This document shows, piece by piece, positions 60,054 to 64,000 of a stretch of DNA of 64,000 nt. How positions within the stretch are numbered: position 1 is the stretch's first letter; each line of letters starts with the position of its first letter. This stretch comes from an uncultured bacterium (GTDB lineage Bacteria > UBA8481). The notes below the pieces were generated by a model, which saw only the letters and a list, made by a program, of their open reading frames with translations, was not told where the DNA came from and did not search any database. The position numbers and the translations under genes are program-made. The stretch lies in assembly GCA_964499705.1 (NCBI GenBank), contig CAZCME010000005.1, forward strand, positions 62,001-126,000, read 5' to 3'.

Positions 60054-60851
60054 CTGGCGCGGTCGGTCAGGACGCTCTTTACGCCGAACGAGATCCTTTC
60101 AACAACCACGTACGTGGCCCTTTCCGGGATCTACATCGCCTTCGCTCTCCTCCTCTGGTCGAACAATGCCACCCAGACGATTCCCACTCCCGTGGAAGTT
60201 TTTCGCGCCCTGCAGGATCTCTGGATGAACGACGGCCTGGGCCAGGAGCTCTGGACCAGCATGAAGCTGAACGTTCATGCTCTCCTCATATACACATCGC
60301 TATCGCTCCTTCTCGCCTATTCGAGCCGGTGGCCCTTCATGCGCCCCATTGTCACGTTCATAGGGCAGCTTCGGTATTTGAGCCCCCTCGGCTTCGTTTT
60401 TCTCCTGACGCTGTATACCTACAGCAGTCATCAGCTCAAGGTGGCGCTGCTGGTATTCTTCATCACGCCGTTCTTCACAAAAAGCATGGCGGATGTCGTC
60501 ATGAGCATACCGGAGGAACAATTCGACCATGCGCGCACGCTGCGGATGAGCGAGCTCCGCGTGGTCTGGGAAGTGGCCGTCCTCGGCACCGCGGCCATGG
60601 CCTTCACGATCCTCTGGCAGATGGCGGCGATGGGCTGGTCGATGCTGACGATGGTGGAAGGGATCTCGCGCGCCGAAGGCGGCGTGGGCGCGCTTCTTCT
60701 GAATCAGAACAAGCACTTCCGGCTGGCCCAGGTCTTCGCGATCCAGCTCACCATACTGTTCATCGGGCTGGTCGTGCAGGATTACTGCATCCGCGCCCTG
60801 CGGCGCATTGTCTGTCCGTATGCGGATCTGGGCGTGGAGAGAAAGAACTGA
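60054..60851 (+). CDS. ABC transporter permease (TauC/SsuC-like); start uncertain
   Basis: IPTPVEV, EAA-loop-like EEQFDHARTLRM and MGWSMLTMVE. The frame is open from 59904; first canonical start is GTG 60114. Confidence 0.85.
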   Translation: MARSVRTLFTPNEILSTTTYVALSGIYIAFALLLWSNNATQTIPTPVEVFRALQDLWMNDGLGQELWTSMKLNVHALLIYTSLSLLLAYSSRWPFMRPIVTFIGQLRYLSPLGFVFLLTLYTYSSHQLKVALLVFFITPFFTKSMADVVMSIPEEQFDHARTLRMSELRVVWEVAVLGTAAMAFTILWQMAAMGWSMLTMVEGISRAEGGVGALLLNQNKHFRLAQVFAIQLTILFIGLVVQDYCIRALRRIVCPYADLGVERKN

Positions 60852-60853
60852 CC

Positions 60854-61684
60854 ATGCCGTTTTCGTATGACGTGAAGGGAACAGTCCTTCAGATCCGGAA
60901 TGTTTCGCACAAGTTCGCCGACAAGCAGATCCTGCGGGATATCAACCTCACGGTCCGCGATCTCGTCCGCCCCAACCGAACGCAGGGACAGGTCGTCAGT
61001 TTCGTCGGACCGTCCGGTTCGGGCAAGACGACTCTCTTCAACATCATCTCCGGAAAATACGTGCCCACCACAGGAGAAGTCCTCCTGGGAGAAGAGGAAC
61101 GACCGGTGGAGCGCGGCGGTTATGTCGGCGTCGTTTCGCAGAAGAACACGCTCCTGGAACACCGGACGGTGCTCGGGAATCTCATGATCGCCGGCCACCA
61201 GGCGGGCCTCAGGACCCGGGACGCGAAAGACAAGGCGATGGGATACCTGTCCTGGCTGGGACTGGAGCAATTCACCGGCTTCTATCCCGCACAGCTCTCC
61301 GGAGGCATGCGCCAGCGCGTCGCCATCCTCCAGCAGCTCATGTGTTCCGAGCGGCTCCTCCTGATGGACGAACCCTTCTCCGGCCTCGACGTCGTGAACA
61401 AGGACAAGGTATGCGAACTGATCGCCCAGGTCGCGAACTCCCACGAGCTGAACACGATCATCATCACCACGCACGACCTGAGAACGGCCGCCGGAATCGC
61501 CGATACTATGTGGATCCTGGGTCGCGATTTCGACGCGGCCGGCAAGCCCGTTCCGAACGGAGCAACCGTGAAGGAAAAATACGATCTCATCGCCCGCAAT
61601 CTCGCCTGGCGCCCCGACATCTCCCGATCGCCCGAATTCGAAAAATTTGTCTTTGAAGTGGAAGATCGTTTCAGGCGCCTGTAG
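60854..61684 (+). CDS. ABC transporter ATP-binding protein
   Basis: GPSGSGKT, LSGGMRQR, LMDEPFSGLD and THD. Confidence 0.93.
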   Translation: MPFSYDVKGTVLQIRNVSHKFADKQILRDINLTVRDLVRPNRTQGQVVSFVGPSGSGKTTLFNIISGKYVPTTGEVLLGEEERPVERGGYVGVVSQKNTLLEHRTVLGNLMIAGHQAGLRTRDAKDKAMGYLSWLGLEQFTGFYPAQLSGGMRQRVAILQQLMCSERLLLMDEPFSGLDVVNKDKVCELIAQVANSHELNTIIITTHDLRTAAGIADTMWILGRDFDAAGKPVPNGATVKEKYDLIARNLAWRPDISRSPEFEKFVFEVEDRFRRL

Positions 61685-61696
61685 CGGATCGATCTC

Positions 61697-63574
61697 ATGA
61701 CGAGTTCTCCTTCCCGTCGCGGCCGAATCAAGCCCGCGGATCCCTTCGATCTCATTCGCTGGCTGGCGCGTTCCCAGTCCGATGCCCGGAAAGCCGTGGC
61801 GGAGTTCGTCCAGAATTCCATCGACGCGGGTTCGAAGCGGATCGAGATCATCCGCGAGCGACGCGGCGGCATCCCGATGCTCCGCGTGCTCGACGATGGC
61901 CGGGGCGTTTTCCCCGACATGCCCTCCCGCGAGGAAGCGCTCGTCAAGATCGCGACGAACATCGGCCGTTCCCATAAGCTCGGGCTCACCGCCGCCGAAA
62001 GAGCTCGCCAGGTCGGAAGATACGGGATCGGGATTCTCGGATTCTGGTCCGCGGGCCGCCATTTCGAAATGCGTTCCAGCGTCGACGGACAGGGAGTCCT
62101 GGCCCTGCGGCTGACGGAAGATCATCCCGAGTATCATGTCCACGCGTTGAAGGGACGGCTTCCGCTGGAGGGGACGTGGACCGAGATCCGCGTTTCGTCG
62201 TTGCATGCTTCCGCGCTTCGCGTTCTCACCGGCCGTCGGCTCGCTGATTATCTCGCTGCGGAACTGCGCGGCCAGATTCTCGAAAACAAGCTGTCGATCA
62301 CCGTCGAGGATCGGCTGGGCCGGGGTCGCACCGAAAAGAGAATCCGACTCGAACCGCCGCCGTTCCGAGGGACGCCGATCGGCCCGCCGCAGGTTTCCAC
62401 CCTGGAGGGCGAAATGCTGGCGCGCCTCCATCTCTTCCATGTTCCTGAGGATGAACGCGAGCTCGAAAAGCCGCGCGTCGGAATCTCAAGCCAGGGTTCG
62501 CTCGTCGTCGAAGATCTAACGTTACTCGCCGAGTTTGCGCATGAGCCGTGGACGCTGGGCGTGATCGAAGGCAACATCGAGTGCGGCCGACTCTCGATTC
62601 CGCCGGGCACAAGGCGCGGCATCGTGCCGGACGCGGTCTTTCTCGATTTCGTCGATCGCCTGACCGCGATCGAGCCGGACTTGATCTCGGAGATCGCGAT
62701 GCGCGATTCGACGAAGAAGACAGTGCGCCAGGAGGAACTGCTCGGCGAGCTCCGGAAGGCGTTTCGCGAGGTCGCTCTGAAGCTACCCCACTACGACCTG
62801 CTTCCGTCGACCGAAGCCGCGGAGAAGGGTCGCGCAACCGACGCGTCCTCAGCCGCTCCGGATGGCGGCACCATCGCGGATGCGACGACCGCCGCGGATC
62901 CCGCTCCGGAATCGAGTCGCGCCGCCATGGAACCGGATAAGACGGATACCTCGGAAGAATGGAAGCCCGCCGCGCCGCTCCTTCCCCCGGCGCAGCTCGC
63001 ATCCGTGGAAATCCGGCCGCGTCGAGCGCGAATCGGATGGGGCGGCGAGAAAAAGTTCCGCGCGTATCCGGTCGACATCAATGGGAACGAAGCATCCGGA
63101 GAGATCGAGTGGACATGGACGTGCGAGGAACTTCCCGGCGCCGTGTTGGAAGTCCGCGAAGCGGAAGTTCTTCTGAAGGCCGGGAGCGGGGACGCCACGG
63201 GCAAGCTGCGCGTCGTCGCGCGGTCAACCGATCTCGAGGCGTCCGCGACGGCCGCGGTCCGCGTCACCGCGCTGGCGGGATCAAACCTCGAGAGCGGCGT
63301 ACCCGAACCGGCGCTTGTTTCCGAGCCGAACGAGAATTGGCGATCCAGGCGGAAAGGAACGCGCTGGGAAGTCAACAGCGCTCATCCCGATTATCGCTCG
63401 ACCGTGGTCGACGGCCGCCGGAGGCTTCGATACATGGCCGCTCTTTTCGCGAAAGAAATGGTGCATGCGACCTACGGCGACAGTCACACCGAACCGCTTC
63501 TTGAGCGATTGGTCGAGATATTGACCGCTGTCGATCTGCCTCTCTCGCGTCCGACACGCGGGCGCGCTACGTGA
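61697..63574 (+). CDS. GHKL (HSP90/MORC-like) ATPase with an Ig-like module
   Basis: AEFVQNSIDA (ExxxN), DDGRG, GRYGIG and GTWTEI; later LASVEIRP...KFRAYPVDING (Ig-like) and C-terminal VNSAHPDY. Confidence 0.8.
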   Translation: MTSSPSRRGRIKPADPFDLIRWLARSQSDARKAVAEFVQNSIDAGSKRIEIIRERRGGIPMLRVLDDGRGVFPDMPSREEALVKIATNIGRSHKLGLTAAERARQVGRYGIGILGFWSAGRHFEMRSSVDGQGVLALRLTEDHPEYHVHALKGRLPLEGTWTEIRVSSLHASALRVLTGRRLADYLAAELRGQILENKLSITVEDRLGRGRTEKRIRLEPPPFRGTPIGPPQVSTLEGEMLARLHLFHVPEDERELEKPRVGISSQGSLVVEDLTLLAEFAHEPWTLGVIEGNIECGRLSIPPGTRRGIVPDAVFLDFVDRLTAIEPDLISEIAMRDSTKKTVRQEELLGELRKAFREVALKLPHYDLLPSTEAAEKGRATDASSAAPDGGTIADATTAADPAPESSRAAMEPDKTDTSEEWKPAAPLLPPAQLASVEIRPRRARIGWGGEKKFRAYPVDINGNEASGEIEWTWTCEELPGAVLEVREAEVLLKAGSGDATGKLRVVARSTDLEASATAAVRVTALAGSNLESGVPEPALVSEPNENWRSRRKGTRWEVNSAHPDYRSTVVDGRRRLRYMAALFAKEMVHATYGDSHTEPLLERLVEILTAVDLPLSRPTRGRAT

Positions 63575-63584
63575 AGGCGATGTC

Positions 63585-64000
63585 ATGACCGTCTACTCTT
63601 TTCGCGTAACCCTCGAGCGATTTCCGGATGTTTCGAGAACCATCGAGCTCGACGGTCGGCACACGCTCCAGGACCTGCATCATGCGATACAGCACGCGTT
63701 CCGATGGGACGACGATCATCTGTATGCCTTCTACATGACCGGAGATCTAGACGATGATCGCCACGAATATGTCTGTCCGCGAACGAAATATACTCCGCTT
63801 GTATTCCGTCCTTCCGCGCCTCCGAAGCGAGCCGCGGATACGCGCCTGGGTTTGCTGGGATTGTCGCCAGGATGGAAATTTCTTTACATCTTCGATTTCG
63901 GGGATATGTGGCGGCATTGGATCGCTGTGTTGAATATCGAGACGGAGCGGGAATTGAAGGACGCGCAAATTGTGGCACAGAGCGGCATCGCGCCCAAGCA
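63585..64000 (+). CDS. pRiA4b ORF-3 / MM3350-like family protein, running off the window edge
   Basis: MTVYSFRVTL...RTIEL...TLQDLHHAIQHAFRWDDDHLYAF...YIFDFGDMWRHWI. Not in the ORF track because it has no stop in the window. Confidence 0.85.
   Translation, partial: MTVYSFRVTLERFPDVSRTIELDGRHTLQDLHHAIQHAFRWDDDHLYAFYMTGDLDDDRHEYVCPRTKYTPLVFRPSAPPKRAADTRLGLLGLSPGWKFLYIFDFGDMWRHWIAVLNIETERELKDAQIVAQSGIAPK

Overview
GC-rich chromosomal window from a diderm (Gram-negative-type) bacterium; the lineage cannot be assigned from the sequence alone. It is mostly housekeeping: a dapA-like 3' end, an orphan minimal flagellin beside a GT4 glycosyltransferase, ilvBN, ccmE-A-B-C-D (CxxxY-type CcmE), tatA, a GT9 heptosyltransferase, maf, nadB, galE, dprA-smg-topA-xerC, nucleoside/nucleotide kinase-like genes, an M32 carboxypeptidase, signalling genes (class III cyclase-ATPase-TPR, PAS kinase, PilZ, receiver plus MBL hydrolase), a bacterial topoisomerase VI (top6B/top6A), a 2342-aa polytopic membrane protein, an OmpA-fused ABC system and a GHKL/MORC-like ATPase. 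I found no rRNA, tRNA, CRISPR array or transposase. The most distinctive non-coding signal is six intergenic inverted-repeat elements: four are empty hairpins and two bracket a single cargo gene (a four-helix-bundle gene inside the topo VI operon and a membrane-protein gene). Other oddities are tandem cNMP-sensor paralogues with an unrecognised helical output domain, a Maf/signal-peptide/TPR fusion, a P450 lacking the acid-alcohol pair, an interrupted ATP-cone kinase with a deviant Walker A, a tandem palindromic operator array, and several genes lacking a canonical start codon. All family calls come from motif recognition by eye; no database search was run.
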